This document shows positions 54,852-56,789 of a stretch of DNA of 56,789 nt, piece by piece. The stretch comes from an uncultured Christensenellaceae bacterium. GTDB lineage: Bacteria; Bacillota; Clostridia; Christensenellales; SZUA-584. Numbering within the stretch: the first letter of the stretch is position 1; each line of letters opens with the position of its first letter. A program made the position numbers and the translations under genes. The notes under the pieces were generated by a model. That model searched no databases. It saw only the letters and a program-made list of their open reading frames with translations, and was not told where the DNA came from. The stretch spans positions 1-56,789 of the forward strand of contig CAZDZY010000004.1 in assembly GCA_964510055.1 (NCBI GenBank), given 5' to 3'.

Positions 54852-55595
54852 TTAGATTTGGAATTTTAATAATCCGAACAACACAGTAAACAGCGAGTAT
54901 ACCACCCAGCTTGCGGCATTTGCTGCAAGGCTAAACAACAACAACCTTTTTTTGCTGTATCCTTTATATTTCCATGTATAGAACCAAAACTCTATACCCA
55001 GCACCATCATTTCAAGGATAACGAGTGACAACCCATAACCTATAAGATAATTGGTTGATATGATTAGTAAAATATTCATAACCGGGTTTGAGATGAAATT
55101 TATTATAACTACATATTTTCCGGGTTTAAGTTTAAATAATAAAGACACTATCCATTCAATGAACACGGTAAACAGCATAGGACAAATCAAATCAAAAAAA
55201 GCAAGTGCAGTGAGTCTTTGTGTTGTAATTCCACCTTCCATAAGAGTGTTGTCTTTAACGGAATATATATAGGTTCCATAATCGACAAAATCGACAAAAT
55301 TTGAACGTACTGTTTCGCCGTTCTTTAACACAATTATTAGCTGAAAGCTTTTAAATTTAACCTCCCACGTCGCTGTAAAGTCGCCGTTATAAAAATAAAA
55401 AATCTGCTGATTAGGGACTCTTGTTTTCTCTGGGTAAGTGCCATCTCCAATAAATTTGAAATTATTGTCTTTATCATATCCCCAGAATTCAACGAAAGTT
55501 ATATTTGAAGTATCATCAATAAGAACATGAACATAATAGTTGTTAGGCCCAGGTCCATTAGCTAAAGCAGAAACTGGCGTTAGGCAGATCAGCAT
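54852..55595 (-). CDS. AT-rich membrane protein (secreted N-domain + 4 TM); true start possibly a few codons upstream
   Basis: In-frame upstream ATA AAA AAG ATT TTT reads like (M)KKIFITLTIMLICL signal peptide; T..IE and N..SN TM motifs; AT-rich codons. Confidence 0.8.
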   Translation of the reverse strand: MLICLTPVSALANGPGPNNYYVHVLIDDTSNITFVEFWGYDKDNNFKFIGDGTYPEKTRVPNQQIFYFYNGDFTATWEVKFKSFQLIIVLKNGETVRSNFVDFVDYGTYIYSVKDNTLMEGGITTQRLTALAFFDLICPMLFTVFIEWIVSLLFKLKPGKYVVIINFISNPVMNILLIISTNYLIGYGLSLVILEMMVLGIEFWFYTWKYKGYSKKRLLLFSLAANAASWVVYSLFTVLFGLLKFQI

Positions 55596-55639
55596 TATAG
55601 TTAGTGTTATAAAAATCTTTTTTATTGCCTTGGTCCATA

Positions 55640-55747
55640 ATGTGCAAATACAAGGAATACTCTAAAAAACGGCTGCTGCTCTTTACCGTTGCTGCCAACC
55701 TCGCGAGCTGGTTTTTATACTGGTTTTTGAGCCCGCTGCTTCGTTGA
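55640..55747 (+). pseudogene. 3' remnant of a homolog of 54852..55595, on the opposite strand
   Basis: Translates MCKYKEYSKKRLLLFTVAANLASWFLYWFLSPLLR*; 18/22 identical to KYKGYSKKRLLLFSLAANAASW. Confidence 0.85.
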
Positions 55748-55851
55748 TGTCCTATTAGCCGCATTCGTGCTTAAAAGAGATAACTGATATTTTCGCCTCC
55801 TTCCGGACAAATTAAATACGAAGCTTTTTTTCTGCCGGAGGGAGGTTTATC

Positions 55852-56016
55852 TTGGGGAATAAAAACGAAAAGAACGTCGAAGAGATGCCCGGGTTCGGCG
55901 CTAAGCAGGACGAAGTCCAACTCGTTCCCGATAAATCGCTGACGTTCGGGAATATCGGATTCATCGGGCAGGAGGCGCGCCATTCAAAGGCCTCCCGCCG
56001 AAAGCCGCGGGTGTGA
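55852..56016 (+). CDS. small hypothetical protein (54 aa, TTG start)
   Basis: GGAGGGAGG RBS then TTG; MGNKNEKNVEEMPGFGAKQDEVQLVPDKSLTFGNIGFIGQEARHSKASRRKPRV; translated by hand. Confidence 0.5.
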   Translation: MGNKNEKNVEEMPGFGAKQDEVQLVPDKSLTFGNIGFIGQEARHSKASRRKPRV

Positions 56017-56045
56017 AGGCTTCGGTAACAGGTTTATCGGCTGCG

Positions 56046-56789
56046 CTACCTGTTGACGCGCCCGCTTGCGTCTCCGCCCATCAGCTTTTCTACATCCGAA
56101 AGCTTTACCCTGTTGTAGTCGCCGCTTATCGAGTGTTTTAAACAGCTTGCCGCGGCTGCAAATTCCAGCGCGTCCTGCTTATCTTTATACCTGCCGAGCC
56201 CGTAAATGAGCCCGCCCGCAAACGCGTCGCCGCCGCCCACCCTGTCGGTTATATCGCTGATCATATATTTTTTAGATAGATAGAATTTATCCCTGTCGTT
56301 CAAACATGCGCTCCACCCGTTGGTATCCGCAGATCTGCTATCGCGAAGCGTTATCGCGATCATCTTCATATCCGGAAACGCCGCCAGCACCTTATCGCCC
56401 AGCATCTTATATTTATCAGTATCGAGCGAGCCGCTTTCAACGCTTACGTCCGCTTTGATACCGAGCGATTTCTGGCAGTCCTCTTCGTTCGCTATGCCTA
56501 TATCGGCGTACTTTACGAGTTCGCTCATCACTTCTATTGCCGTTTCGCCGTATTTCCACAGCTTATTGCGGTAGTTGAAATCACACGACACAGTCACACC
56601 ATGCTGCTTTGCCTTTTTTACAGCCTCCAGCGAAGCTTCCTTCGCGTTTTTGCTTATAGCGGGCGTTATGCCCGAAATATGAAACCACCCGGCGTCCGCG
56701 AAGACTCCGTCCCAATCGACTTCGCCTTTTTCCATCAGGGCGATCGACGATTCCGCTCTGTCGTATATCACGTTAGAAGGCCTTTGGTT
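56046..56789 (-). CDS. kdgK: 2-keto-3-deoxygluconate kinase (PfkB family), 5' end outside the window
   Basis: [64 protein letters not shown]. Confidence 0.9.
   Translation of the reverse strand, partial: NQRPSNVIYDRAESSIALMEKGEVDWDGVFADAGWFHISGITPAISKNAKEASLEAVKKAKQHGVTVSCDFNYRNKLWKYGETAIEVMSELVKYADIGIANEEDCQKSLGIKADVSVESGSLDTDKYKMLGDKVLAAFPDMKMIAITLRDSRSADTNGWSACLNDRDKFYLSKKYMISDITDRVGGGDAFAGGLIYGLGRYKDKQDALEFAAAASCLKHSISGDYNRVKLSDVEKLMGGDASGRVNR

Noticed and set aside
55771..55983. 70-aa minus-strand ORF
   Set aside because: Weaker RBS than the overlapping plus-strand 54-aa ORF; probably a shadow.

Overview
Chromosomal window of a Bacillota (Clostridia-like) bacterium, inferred from sigmaA promoters, GGAGG ribosome-binding sites, lipoboxes and a Gram-positive LexA box. 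(1) 1-6000 is a repeat-rich region with a stripped-down phage-type regulatory module: an XRE repressor, a divergent operon of small genes, an ArpU/RinA-like activator and a LexA-box-preceded 40-aa ORF. Two paralogous membrane genes lie on the opposite strand. The region also holds an 8-copy CATCAGGTATC array enclosed by a long-range stem (candidate ncRNA), a second modular array and several REP-like elements. (2) 6200-19550 holds a metallo-beta-lactamase-fold gene and five domain-shuffled secreted/lipoprotein paralogs, one frameshifted in an A7 tract. (3) 20000-22950 holds a COG2403 P-loop protein (arginine synthetase ArcE-like) convergent with an ArgZ/AgrE-C-terminal-type ornithine cyclodeaminase. 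(4) 23000-31300 holds accessory genes (AraC + YCF48-like lipoprotein, HxlR + nitroreductase, DMT, LRR protein, MFS). (5) 31566-52261 holds three >2100-aa surface proteins with recent internal duplications and no recognisable SLH/LPXTG anchor. (6) The right end has a lipoprotein-ECF sigma-anti-sigma operon, an AT-rich membrane gene next to an inverted remnant of its own homolog, and the 3' part of kdgK. I recognised no rRNA, tRNA, CRISPR-cas, integrase, transposase or reverse transcriptase. All family assignments are from motif recognition by eye, not database searches.
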